Assembly (NCBI GenBank): GCA_964016885.1
Contig: OZ024752.1
Span: forward strand, 18,538,001 to 18,602,000
Reading direction: 5' to 3'
Length of the DNA stretch: 64,000 nt
DNA from: Eledone cirrhosa
Taxonomy: Eukaryota
The position numbers were made by a program, and so were the translations under genes. Each line of letters starts with the position of its first letter. Position 1 is the stretch's first letter. Under the pieces are notes generated by a model. It was not told the origin of the DNA and did no database searches. It saw nothing but the letters and a program-made list of their open reading frames with translations. This document shows, in pieces, positions 27,266 through 40,550 of this stretch.

Positions 27266-29419
27266 AGTTGTGTGCTCATTGTGGTGTAGAATGTAGGTGA
27301 AAGACTAGTTGTGTGGTCACTGTGGTGTAGAAGTAGGTGAAAGACTAGTTGTGTGGTCACTGTGGTGTAGAATGTAGGTGAAAGACTAGTTGTGTGGTCA
27401 TTGTGGCGTAGAATGTAGGTGAAAGACTAGTTGTGTGGTCACTGTGGTGTAGAATGTAGGTGAAAGGCTAGTTGTGTGGTCATTGTGGCGTAGAATGTAG
27501 GTGAAAGACTAGTTGTGTGGTCACTGTAGTGTAGAATGTAGGTGAAAGACTAGTTGTGTGGTCACTGTGGTGTAGAAGTAGGTGAAAGACTAGTTGTGTG
27601 GTCACTGTGGTGTAGAATGTAGGTGAAAGACTAGTTGTGTGGTCACTGTGGTGTAGAATGTAGGTGAAAGACTAGTTGTGTGGTCACTGTGGTGTAGAAG
27701 TAGGTGAAAGACTAGTTGTGTGGTCACTGTGGTGTAGAATGTAGGTGAAAGACTAGTTGTGTGGTCATTGTGGTGTAGAATGTAGGTGAAAGACTAGTTG
27801 TGTGGTCACTGTGGTGTAGAAGTAGGTGAAAGACTAGTTGTGTGGTCATTGTGGTGTAGAAGTAGGTGAAAGACTAGTTTTGTGGTCACTGTGTCATAGA
27901 ATGTAGGTGAAAGACTAGTTGTGTGGTCACTGTGGTGTAGAAGTAGGTGAAAGACTAGTTGTGTGGTCATTGTGGTGTAGAATGTAGGTGAAAGACTAGT
28001 TGTGTGGTCACTGTGGTGTAGAAGTAGGTAAAAGAAGTTGTGTGGTCACTGTGTTGTAGAAGTAGGTGAAAGACTAGTTGTGTGGTCACTGTGGTGTAGA
28101 ATGTAGGTGAAAGTCTAGTTGTGTGGTCATTGTGGCGTAGAATGTAGGTGAAAGACTAGTTGTGTGGTCACTGTGGTGTAGAAGTAGGTGAAAGACTAGT
28201 TGTGTGGTCATTGTGGTGTAGAAGTAGGTGAAAGACTAGTTGTGTGGTCATCGTGGTGTAGAAGTAGGTGAAAGACTAGTTGTGTGGTCACTGTGGTGTA
28301 GGATGTAGGTGAAAGACTAGTTGTGTGGTCACTGTGGTGTAGAATGTAGGTGAAAGACTAATTGTGTGGTCACTGTGGTGTAGAATGTAGGTGAAAGACT
28401 AGTTGTGTGGTCACTGTGGTGTAGAATGTAGGTGAAAGACTTGTTGTGTGGTCACTGTGGTGTAGAATGTAGGTGAAAGACTAGTTGTGTGGTCACTGTG
28501 GTGTAGAATGTAGGTGAAAGACTAGTTGTGTGGTCATTGTGGTGTAGAAGTAGGTGAAAGACTAGTTGTGTGGTCACTGTGGTGTAGAATGTAGGTGAAA
28601 GGCTAGTTGTGTGGTCATTGTGGCGTAGAATGTAGGTGAAAGACTAGTTGTGTGGTCACTGTAGTGTAGAATGTAGGTGAAAGACTAGTTGTGTGGTCAC
28701 TGTGGTTTAGAAGTAGGTGAAAGACTAGCTGTGTGGTCACTGTGGTGTAGAATGTAGGTGAAAGACTAGTTGTGTGGTCACTGTGGTGTAGAATGTAGGT
28801 GAAAGACTAGTTGTGTGGTCACTGTGGTGTAGAAGCAGGTGAAAGACTAGTTGTGTGGTCACTGTGGTGTAGAATGTAGGTGAAAGACTAATTGTGTGGT
28901 CACTGTGGTGTAGAAGCAGGTGAAAGACTAGCTGTGTGGTCACTGTGGTGTAGAATGTAGGTGAAAGACTAGTTGTGTGGTCACTGTGGTGTAGAATGTA
29001 GGTGAAAGACTAGTTGTGTGGTCACTGTGGTGTAGAAGCAGGTGAAAGACTAGTTGTGTGGTCACTGTGGTGTAGAATGTAGGTGAAAGACTAGTTGTGT
29101 GGTCACTGTGGTGTAGAATGTAGGTGAAAGACTAATTGTGTGGTCACTGTGGTGTAGAATGTAGGTGAAAGACTAGTTGTGTGGTCACTGTGGTGTAGAA
29201 TGTAGGTGAAAGACTAGTTGTGTGGTCATTGTGGTGTAGAAGTAGGTGAAAGACTAGTTGTGTGGTCATTGTGGTGTAGAAGTAGGTGAAAGACTAGTTG
29301 TGTGGTCACTGTGGTGTAGAATGTAGGTGAAAGGCTAGTTGTGTGGTCATTGTGGCGTAGAATGTAGGTGAAAGACTAGTTGTGTGGTCACTGTGGTGTA
29401 GAATGTAGGTGAAAGACTA

Positions 29420-32400
29420 GTTGTGTGGTCATTGTGGTGTAGAAGTAGGTGAAAGACTAGTTGTGTGGTCATTGTGATGTAGAAGTAGGTGAAAGACTAG
29501 TTGTGTTGTCACTGTGGTGTAGAATGTAGGTGAAAGACTAGTTGTGTGGTCATTGTGATGTAGAAGTAGGTGAAAGACTAGTTGTGTTGTCACTGTGGTG
29601 TAGAATGTAGGTGAAAGACTAGTTGTGTGGTCACTGTAGTGTAGAAGTAGGTGAAAGACTAGTTGTGTGGTCATTGTGATGTAGAAGTAGGTGAAAGACT
29701 AGTTGTGTGGTCATTGTGGCGTAGAATGTAGGTGAAAGACTAGTTGTGTGGTCACTGTAGTGTAGAATGTAGGTGAAAGACTAGTTGTGTGGTCACTGTG
29801 GTGTAGAAGTAGGTGAAAGACTAGTTGTGTGGTCATTGTGGTGTAGAATGTAGGTGAAAGACTAGTTGTGTGGTCACTGTGGTGTAGAATGTAGGTGAAA
29901 GACTAGTTGTGTGGTCACTGTGGTGTAGAATGTAGGTGAAAGGCTAGTTGTGTGGTCATTGTGGTGTAGAATGTAGGTGAAAGACTAGTTGTGTGGTCAC
30001 TGTGGTGTAGAATGTAGGTGAAAGGCTAGTTGTGTGGTCATTGTGGCATAGAATGTAGGTGAAAGACTAGTTGTGTGGTCACTGTAGTGTAGAATGTAGG
30101 TGAAAGACTAGTTGTGTGGTCACTGTAGTGTAGAATGTAGGTGAAAGACTAGTTGTGTGGTCACTGTGGTGTAGAATGTAGGTGAAAGGCTAGTTGTGTG
30201 GTCATTGTGGTGTAGAATGTAGGTGAAAGACTAGTTGTGTGGTCACTGTGGTGTAGAATGTAGGTGAAAGGCTAGTTGTGTGGTCATTGTGGCGTAGAAT
30301 GTAGGTGAAAGACTAGTTGTGTGGTCACTGTAGTGTAGAATGTAGGTGAAAGACTAGTTGTGTGGTCACTGTGGTGTAGAAGTAGGTGAAAGACTAGTTG
30401 TGTGGTCACTGTGGTGTAGAAGTAGGTGAAAGACTAGTTGTGTGGTCACTGTAGTGTAGAATGTAGGTGAAAGACTAGTTGTGTGGTCACTGTGGTGTAG
30501 AAGTAGGTGAAAGACTAGTTGTGTGGTCACTGTGGCGTAGAATGTAGGTGAAAGACTAGTTGTGTGGTCACTGTGGTGTAGAATGTAGGTGAAAGACTAG
30601 CTGTGTGGTCACTGTGGTGTAGAAGCAGGTGAAAGACTAGTTGTGTGGTCACTGTGGTATAGAATGTAGGTGAAAGACTAGTTGTGTGGTCATTGTGGTG
30701 TAGAATGTAGGTGAAAGACTAGTTGTGTGGTCACTGTGGTGTCGAAGTCGGTGAAAGACTAGTTGTGTGGTCATTGTGGTGTAGAATGTAGGTGAAAGAC
30801 TAGTTGTGTGGTCACTGTGGTGTAGAATGTAGGTGAAAGACTAGTTGTGTGGTCATTGTGGTGTAGAAGTAGGTGAAAGACTAGTTGTGTGGTCACTGTG
30901 GTGTAGAATGTAGGTGAAAGGCTAGTTGTGTGGTCATTGTGGCGTAGAATGTAGGTGAAAGACTAGTTGTGTGGTCACTGTAGTGTAGAATGTAGGTGAA
31001 AGACTAGTTGTGTGGTCACTGTGGTGTAGAAGTAGGTGAAAGACTAGTTGTGTGGTCACTGTGGTGTAGAATGTAGGTGAAAGACTAGTTGTGTGGTCAC
31101 TGTGGTGTAGAATGTAGGTGAAAGACTAGCTGTGTGGTCACTGTGGTGTAGAAGCAGGTGAAAGACTAGTTGTGTGGTCACTGTGGTGTAGAATGTAGGT
31201 GAAAGACTAGTTGTGTGGTCATTGTGGTGTAGAATGTAGGTGAAAGACTAGTTGTGTGGTCACTGTGGTGTCGAAGTCGGTGAAAGACTAGTTGTGTGGT
31301 CATTGTGGTGTAGAATGTAGGTGAAAGACTAGTTGTGTGGTCACTGTGGTGTAGAAGTAGGTGAAAGACTAGTTGTGTGGTCATTGTGGTGTAGAATGTA
31401 GGTGAAAGACTAGTTGTGTGGTCATTGTGGTGTAGAATGTAGGTGAAAGACTAGTTGTGTGGTCACTGTGGTGTAGAAGTAGGTGAAAGACTAGTTGTGT
31501 GGTCATTGTGATGTAGAAGTAGGTGAAAGACTAGTTGTGTGGTCATTGTGGTGTAGAAGTAGGTGAAAGACTAGTTGTGTGGTCACTGTGGCGTAGAATG
31601 TAGGTGAAAGACTAGTTGTGTGGTCACTGTGGTGTAGAATGTAGGTGAAAGACTAGTTGTGTGGTCATTGTGGTGTAGAAGTAGGTGAAAGACTAGTTGT
31701 GTGGTCACTGTGGTGTAGAAGTAGGTGAAAGACTAGTTGTGTGGTCACTGTGGTGTAGAATGTAGGTGAAAGACTAGTTGTGTGGTCATTGTAGTGTAGA
31801 ATGTAGGTGAAAGACTAGTTGTGTGGTCACTGTGGTGTAGAAGTAGGTGAAAGACTAGTTGTGTGGTCATTGTGGTGTAGAATGTAGGTGAAAGACTAGT
31901 CGTGTGGTCACTGTGGTGTAGAAGTAGGTGAAAGACTAGTTGTGTGGTCATTGTGGTGTAGAATGTAGGTGAAAGACTAGTTGTGTGGTCACTGTGGTGT
32001 AGAAGTAGGTGAAAGACGTTGTGTGGTCACTGGTGTAGAAGTAGGTGAAAGACTAGTTGTGTGGTCACTGTGGTGTAGAAGTAGGTGAAAGACTAGTTGT
32101 GTGGTCACTGTGGTGTAGAATGTAGGTGAAAGACTAGTTGTGTGGTCACTGTGGTGTAGAAGTAGGTGAAAGACTAGTTGTGTGGTCACTGTGGTGTAGA
32201 ATGTAGGTGAAAGGCTAGTTGTGTGGTCATTGTGGTTTATGTGAGTAGGTGAAAGACTAGTTGTGTGGTCACTGTGGTGTAGAAGTAGGTGAAAGACTAG
32301 TTGTGTGGTCACTGTGGTGTAGAATGTAGGTGAAAGGCTAGTTGTGTGGTCATTGTGGTTTATGTGAGTAGGTGAAAGACTAGTTGTGTGGTCACTGTGG

Positions 32401-35400
32401 TGTAGAAGTAGGTGAAAGACTAGTTGTGTGGTCACTGTGGTGTAGAATGTAGGTGAAAGACTAGTTGTGTGGTCACTGTGGTGTAGAATGTAGGTGAAAG
32501 ACTAGTTGTGTGCTCATTGTGGTGTAGAATGTAGGTGAAAGACTAGTTGTGTGGTCACTGTGGTGTAGAAGTAGGTGAAAGACTAGTTGTGTGGTCACTG
32601 TGGTGTAGAATGTAGGTGAAAGACTAGGTGTGTGGTCATTGTGGCGTAGAATGTAGGTGAAAGACTAGTTGTGTGGTCACTGTGGTGTAGAATGTAGGTG
32701 AAAGGCTAGTTGTGTGGTCATTGTGGCGTAGAATGTAGGTGAAAGACTAGTTGTGTGGTCACTGTAGTGTAGAATGTAGGTGAAAGACTAGTTGTGTGGT
32801 CACTGTGGTGTAGAAGTAGGTGAAAGACTAGTTGTGTGGTCACTGTGGTGTAGAATGTAGGTGAAAGACTAGTTGTGTGGTCACTGTGGTGTAGAATGTA
32901 GGTGAAAGACTAGTTGTGTGGTCACTGTGGTATAGAAGTAGGTGAAAGACTTGTTGTGTGGTCACTGTGGTGTAGAATGTAGGTGAAAGACTAGTTGTGT
33001 GGTCATTGTGGTGTAGAATGTAGGTGAAAGACTAGTTGTGTGGTCACTGTGGTGTAGAAGTAGGTGAAAGACTAGTTGTGTGGTCATTGTGGTGTAGAAA
33101 TAGGTGAAAGACTAGTTTTGTGGTCACTGTGTCGTAGAATGTAGGTGAAAGACTAGTTGTGTGGTCACTGTGGTGTAGAAGTAGGTGAAAGAGTAGTTGT
33201 GTGGTCATTGTGGTGTAGAAGTAGGTGAAAGACTAGTTGTGTGGTCACTATGGCATAGAATGTAGGTGAAAGACTAGTTGTGTGGTCACTGTGGTGTAGA
33301 ATGTAGGTGAAAGGCTAGTTGTGTGGTCATTGTGGCGTAGAATGTAGGTGAAAGACTAGTTGTGTGGTCACTGTAGTGTAGAATGTAGGTGAAAGACTAG
33401 TTGTGTGGTCATTGTGGTGTAGAAGTAGGTGAAAGACTAGTTGTGTGGTCACTGTGGTGTAGAAGTAGGTGAAAGACTAGTTGTGTGGTCACTGTGGTGT
33501 AGAAGTAGGTGAAAGACTAGTTGTGTGGTCATTGTGGTGTAGAAGTAGGTGAAAGACTAGGTGTGTGGTCACTGTGGCGTAGAATGTAGGTGAAAGACTA
33601 GTTGTGTGGTCACTGTGGTGTAGAATGTAGTTGAAAGACCAGTTGTGTGGTCACTGTGGTGTAGAAGTAGGTGAAAGACTAGTTGTGTGGTCATTGTGGT
33701 GTAGAAGTAGGTGAAAGACTAGTTGTGTGGTCACTGTGGTGTAGAATGTAGGTGAAAGACTAGTTGTGTGGTCACTGTGGCGTAGAATGTAGGTGAAAGA
33801 CTAGTTGTGTGGTCACTGTGGTGTAGAATGTAGTTGAAAGACTAGTTGTGTGGTCACTGTAGTGTAGAATGTAGGTGAAAGACTAGTTGTGTGGTCACTG
33901 TGGTGTAGAAGTAGGTGAAAGACTAGTTGTGTGGTCACTGTGGTGTAGAATGTAGGTGAAAGACTAGTTGTGTGGTCACTGTGGTGTAGAATGTAGGTGA
34001 AAGACTAGCTGTGTGGTCACTGTGGTGTAGAAGCAGGTGAAAGACTAGTTGTGTGGTCACTGTGGTGTAGAATGTAGGTGAAAGACTAGTTGTGTGGTCA
34101 TTGTGGTGTAGAATGTAGGTGAAAGACTAGTTGTGTGGTCACTGTGGTGTCGAAGTCGGTGAAAGACTAGTTGTGTGGTCATTGTGGTGTAGCAGTAGGT
34201 GAAAGACTAGTTGTGTGGTCACTGTGGCGTAGAATGTAGGTGAAAGACTAGTTGTGTTGTCACTGTGGTGTAGAATGTAGGTGAAAGACTAGTTGTGTGG
34301 TCACTGTGGTGTAGAAGTAGGTGAAAGACTAGTTGTGTGGTCACTGTGGTGTAGAAGTAGGTGAAAGACTAGTTGTGTGGTCACTGTGGTGTAGAATGTA
34401 GGTGAAAGACTAGTTGTGTGGTCACTGTGGTGTAGAAGTAGGTGAAAGACTAGTTGTGTGGTCACTGTGGTGTAGAATGTAGGTGAAAGGCTAGTTGTGT
34501 GGTCATTGTGGTTTATGTGAGTAGGTGAAAGACTAGTTGTGTGGTCACTGTGGTGTAGAAGTAGGTGAAAGACTAGTTGTGTGGTCACTGTGGTGTAGAA
34601 TGTAGGTGAAAGACTAGTTGTGTGGTCACTGTGGTGTAGAATGTAGGTGAAAGACTAGCTGTGTGGTCACTGTGGTGTAGAAGCAGGTGAAAGACTAGTT
34701 GTGTGGTCACTGTGGTGTAGAATGTAGGTGAAAGACTAGTTGTGTGGTCATTGTGGTGTAGAATGTAGGTGAAAGACTAGTTGTGTGGTCACTGTGGTGT
34801 CGAAGTCGGTGAAAGACTAGTTGTGTGGTCATTGTGGTGTAGAAGTAGGTGAAAGACTAGTTGTGTGGTCACTGTGGCGTAGAATGTAGGTGAAAGACTA
34901 GTTGTGTTGTCACTGTGGTGTAGAATGTAGGTGAAAGACTAGTTGTGTGGTCATTGTGATGTAGAAGTAGGTGAAAGACTAGTTGTGTTGTCACTGTGGT
35001 GTAGAATGTAGGTGAAAGACTAGTTGTGTGGTCACTGTAGTGTAGAAGTAGGTGAAAGACTAGTTGTGTGGTCATTGTGGTGTAGAAGTAGGTGAAAGAC
35101 TAGTTGTGTGGTCATTGTGATGTAGAAGTAGGTGAAAGACTAGTTGTGTTGTCACTGTGGTGTAGAATGTAGGTGAAAGACTAGTTGTGTGGTCATTGTG
35201 ATGTAGAAGTAGGTGAAAGACTAGTTGTGTTGTCACTGTGGTGTAGAATGTAGGTGAAAGACTAGTTGTGTGGTCACTGTAGTGTAGAAGTAGGTGAAAG
35301 AATAGTTGTGTGGTCATTGTGATGTAGAAGTAGGTGAAAGACTAGTTGTGTGGTCATTGTGGCGTAGAATGTAGGTGAAAGACTAGTTGTGTGGTCACTG

Positions 35401-38400
35401 TAGTGTAGAATGTAGGTGAAAGACTAGTTGTGTGGTCACTGTGGTGTAGAAGTAGGTGAAAGACTAGTTGTGTGGTCATTGTGGTGTAGAATGTAGGTGA
35501 AAGACTAGTTGTGTGGTCACTGTGGTGTAGAATGTAGGTGAAAGACTAGTTGTGTGGTCACTGTGGTGTAGAATGTAGGTGAAAGGCTAGTTGTGTGGTC
35601 ATTGTGGTGTAGAATGTAGGTGAAAGACTAGTTGTGTGGTCACTGTGGTGTAGAATGTAGGTGAAAGGCTAGTTGTGTGGTCATTGTGGCGTAGAATGTA
35701 GGTGAAAGACTAGTTGTGTGGTCACTGTAGTGTAGAATGTAGGTGAAAGACTAGTTGTGTGGTCACTGTAGTGTAGAATGTAGGTGAAAGACTAGTTGTG
35801 TGGTCACTGTGGTGTAGAATGTAGGTGAAAGGCTAGTTGTGTGGTCATTGTGGTGTAGAATGTAGGTGAAAGACTAGTTGTGTGGTCACTGTGGTGTAGA
35901 ATGTAGGTGAAAGGCTAGTTGTGTGGTCATTGTGGCGTAGAATGTAGGTGAAAGACTAGTTGTGTGGTCACTGTAGTGTAGAATGTAGGTGAAAGACTAG
36001 TTGTGTGGTCACTGTGGTGTAGAAGTAGGTGAAAGACTAGTTGTGTGGTCACTGTGGTGTAGAAGTAGGTGAAAGACTAGTTGTGTGGTCACTGTAGTGT
36101 AGAATGTAGGTGAAAGACTAGTTGTGTGGTCACTGTGGTGTAGAAGTAGGTGAAAGACTAGTTGTGTGGTCACTGTGGCGTAGAATGTAGGTGAAAGACT
36201 AGTTGTGTGGTCACTGTGGTGTAGAATGTAGGTGAAAGACTAGCTGTGTGGTCACTGTGGTGTAGAAGCAGGTGAAAGACTAGTTGTGTGGTCACTGTGG
36301 TGTAGAATGTAGGTGAAAGACTAGTTGTGTGGTCATTGTGGTGTAGAATGTAGGTGAAAGACTAGTTGTGTGGTCACTGTGGTGTCGAAGTCGGTGAAAG
36401 ACTAGTTGTGTGGTCATTGTGGTGTAGAATGTAGGTGAAAGACTAGTTGTGTGGTCACTGTGGTGTAGAATGTAGGTGAAAGACTAGTTGTGTGGTCATT
36501 GTGGTGTAGAAGTAGGTGAAAGACTAGTTGTGTGGTCACTGTGGTGTAGAATGTAGGTGAAAGGCTAGTTGTGTGGTCATTGTGGCGTAGAATGTAGGTG
36601 AAAGACTAGTTGTGTGGTCACTGTAGTGTAGAATGTAGGTGAAAGACTAGTTGTGTGGTCACTGTGGTGTAGAAGTAGGTGAAAGACTAGTTGTGTGGTC
36701 ACTGTGGTGTAGAATGTAGGTGAAAGACTAGTTGTGTGGTCACTGTGGTGTAGAATGTAGGTGAAAGACTAGCTGTGTGGTCACTGTGGTGTAGAAGCAG
36801 GTGAAAGACTAGTTGTGTGGTCACTGTGGTGTAGAATGTAGGTGAAAGACTAGTTGTGTGGTCATTGTGGTGTAGAATGTAGGTGAAAGACTAGTTGTGT
36901 GGTCACTGTGGTGTCGAAGTCGGTGAAAGACTAGTTGTGTGGTCATTGTGGTGTAGAATGTAGGTGAAAGACTAGTTGTGTGGTCACTGTGGTGTAGAAG
37001 TAGGTGAAAGACTAGTTGTGTGGTCATTGTGGTGTAGAATGTAGGTGAAAGACTAGTTGTGTGGTCATTGTGGTGTAGAATGTAGGTGAAAGACTAGTTG
37101 TGTGGTCACTGTGGTGTAGAAGTAGGTGAAAGACTAGTTGTGTGGTCATTGTGATGTAGAAGTAGGTGAAAGACTAGTTGTGTGGTCATTGTGGTGTAGA
37201 AGTAGGTGAAAGACTAGTTGTGTGGTCACTGTGGCGTAGAATGTAGGTGAAAGACTAGTTGTGTGGTCACTGTGGTGTAGAATGTAGGTGAAAGACTAGT
37301 TGTGTGGTCATTGTGGTGTAGAAGTAGGTGAAAGACTAGTTGTGTGGTCACTGTGGTGTAGAAGTAGGTGAAAGACTAGTTGTGTGGTCACTGTGGTGTA
37401 GAATGTAGGTGAAAGACTAGTTGTGTGGTCATTGTAGTGTAGAATGTAGGTGAAAGACTAGTTGTGTGGTCACTGTGGTGTAGAAGTAGGTGAAAGACTA
37501 GTTGTGTGGTCATTGTGGTGTAGAATGTAGGTGAAAGACTAGTCGTGTGGTCACTGTGGTGTAGAAGTAGGTGAAAGACTAGTTGTGTGGTCATTGTGGT
37601 GTAGAATGTAGGTGAAAGACTAGTTGTGTGGTCACTGTGGTGTAGAAGTAGGTGAAAGACGTTGTGTGGTCACTGGTGTAGAAGTAGGTGAAAGACTAGT
37701 TGTGTGGTCACTGTGGTGTAGAAGTAGGTGAAAGACTAGTTGTGTGGTCACTGTGGTGTAGAATGTAGGTGAAAGACTAGTTGTGTGGTCACTGTGGTGT
37801 AGAAGTAGGTGAAAGACTAGTTGTGTGGTCACTGTGGTGTAGAATGTAGGTGAAAGGCTAGTTGTGTGGTCATTGTGGTTTATGTGAGTAGGTGAAAGAC
37901 TAGTTGTGTGGTCACTGTGGTGTAGAAGTAGGTGAAAGACTAGTTGTGTGGTCACTGTGGTGTAGAATGTAGGTGAAAGGCTAGTTGTGTGGTCATTGTG
38001 GTTTATGTGAGTAGGTGAAAGACTAGTTGTGTGGTCACTGTGGTGTAGAAGTAGGTGAAAGACTAGTTGTGTGGTCACTGTGGTGTAGAATGTAGGTGAA
38101 AGACTAGTTGTGTGGTCACTGTGGTGTAGAATGTAGGTGAAAGACTAGTTGTGTGCTCATTGTGGTGTAGAATGTAGGTGAAAGACTAGTTGTGTGGTCA
38201 CTGTGGTGTAGAAGTAGGTGAAAGACTAGTTGTGTGGTCACTGTGGTGTAGAATGTAGGTGAAAGACTAGGTGTGTGGTCATTGTGGCGTAGAATGTAGG
38301 TGAAAGACTAGTTGTGTGGTCACTGTGGTGTAGAATGTAGGTGAAAGGCTAGTTGTGTGGTCATTGTGGCGTAGAATGTAGGTGAAAGACTAGTTGTGTG

Positions 38401-40550
38401 GTCACTGTAGTGTAGAATGTAGGTGAAAGACTAGTTGTGTGGTCACTGTGGTGTAGAAGTAGGTGAAAGACTAGTTGTGTGGTCACTGTGGTGTAGAATG
38501 TAGGTGAAAGACTAGTTGTGTGGTCACTGTGGTGTAGAATGTAGGTGAAAGACTAGTTGTGTGGTCACTGTGGTATAGAAGTAGGTGAAAGACTTGTTGT
38601 GTGGTCACTGTGGTGTAGAATGTAGGTGAAAGACTAGTTGTGTGGTCATTGTGGTGTAGAATGTAGGTGAAAGACTAGTTGTGTGGTCACTGTGGTGTAG
38701 AAGTAGGTGAAAGACTAGTTGTGTGGTCATTGTGGTGTAGAAATAGGTGAAAGACTAGTTTTGTGGTCACTGTGTCGTAGAATGTAGGTGAAAGACTAGT
38801 TGTGTGGTCACTGTGGTGTAGAAGTAGGTGAAAGAGTAGTTGTGTGGTCATTGTGGTGTAGAAGTAGGTGAAAGACTAGTTGTGTGGTCACTATGGCATA
38901 GAATGTAGGTGAAAGACTAGTTGTGTGGTCACTGTGGTGTAGAATGTAGGTGAAAGGCTAGTTGTGTGGTCATTGTGGCGTAGAATGTAGGTGAAAGACT
39001 AGTTGTGTGGTCACTGTAGTGTAGAATGTAGGTGAAAGACTAGTTGTGTGGTCATTGTGGTGTAGAAGTAGGTGAAAGACTAGTTGTGTGGTCACTGTGG
39101 TGTAGAAGTAGGTGAAAGACTAGTTGTGTGGTCACTGTGGTGTAGAAGTAGGTGAAAGACTAGTTGTGTGGTCATTGTGGTGTAGAAGTAGGTGAAAGAC
39201 TAGGTGTGTGGTCACTGTGGCGTAGAATGTAGGTGAAAGACTAGTTGTGTGGTCACTGTGGTGTAGAATGTAGTTGAAAGACCAGTTGTGTGGTCACTGT
39301 GGTGTAGAAGTAGGTGAAAGACTAGTTGTGTGGTCATTGTGGTGTAGAAGTAGGTGAAAGACTAGTTGTGTGGTCACTGTGGCGTAGAATGTAGGTGAAA
39401 GACTAGTTGTGTGGTCACTGTGGTGTAGAATGTAGTTGAAAGACTAGTTGTGTGGTCACTGTAGTGTAGAATGTAGGTGAAAGACTAGTTGTGTGGTCAC
39501 TGTGGTGTAGAAGTAGGTGAAAGACTAGTTGTGTGGTCACTGTGGTGTAGAATGTAGGTGAAAGACTAGTTGTGTGGTCACTGTGGTGTAGAATGTAGGT
39601 GAAAGACTAGCTGTGTGGTCACTGTGGTGTAGAAGCAGGTGAAAGACTAGTTGTGTGGTCACTGTGGTGTAGAATGTAGGTGAAAGACTAGTTGTGTGGT
39701 CATTGTGGTGTAGAATGTAGGTGAAAGACTAGTTGTGTGGTCACTGTGGTGTCGAAGTCGGTGAAAGACTAGTTGTGTGGTCATTGTGGTGTAGAAGTAG
39801 GTGAAAGACTAGTTGTGTGGTCACTGTGGCGTAGAATGTAGGTGAAAGACTAGTTGTGTTGTCACTGTGGTGTAGAATGTAGGTGAAAGACTAGTTGTGT
39901 GGTCACTGTGGTGTAGAAGTAGGTGAAAGACTAGTTGTGTGGTCACTGTGGTGTAGAAGTAGGTGAAAGACTAGTTGTGTGGTCACTGTGGTGTAGAATG
40001 TAGGTGAAAGACTAGTTGTGTGGTCACTGTGGTGTAGAAGTAGGTGAAAGACTAGTTGTGTGGTCACTGTGGTGTAGAATGTAGGTGAAAGGCTAGTTGT
40101 GTGGTCATTGTGGTTTATGTGAGTAGGTGAAAGACTAGTTGTGTGGTCACTGTGGTGTAGAAGTAGGTGAAAGACTAGTTGTGTGGTCACTGTGGTGTAG
40201 AATGTAGGTGAAAGACTAGTTGTGTGGTCACTGTGGTGTAGAATGTAGGTGAAAGACTAGCTGTGTGGTCACTGTGGTGTAGAAGCAGGTGAAAGACTAG
40301 TTGTGTGGTCACTGTGGTGTAGAATGTAGGTGAAAGACTAGTTGTGTGGTCATTGTGGTGTAGAATGTAGGTGAAAGACTAGTTGTGTGGTCACTGTGGT
40401 GTCGAAGTCGGTGAAAGACTAGTTGTGTGGTCATTGTGGTGTAGAAGTAGGTGAAAGACTAGTTGTGTGGTCACTGTGGCGTAGAATGTAGGTGAAAGAC
40501 TAGTTGTGTTGTCACTGTGGTGTAGAATGTAGGTGAAAGACTAGTTGTGT
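29420..40550 (+). repeat. 5643-bp tandem block duplication (about 29420-34950 and 35063-40550); the second copy lacks one 41-bp monomer near 39370
   Basis: Offset of 5643: 29429/35072, 31178/36821, 31745/37388, 31989/37632, and the private marker agactaggtgtgtggtcatt at 32621/38264. The offset becomes 5602 afterwards (34301/39903). Confidence 0.9.
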
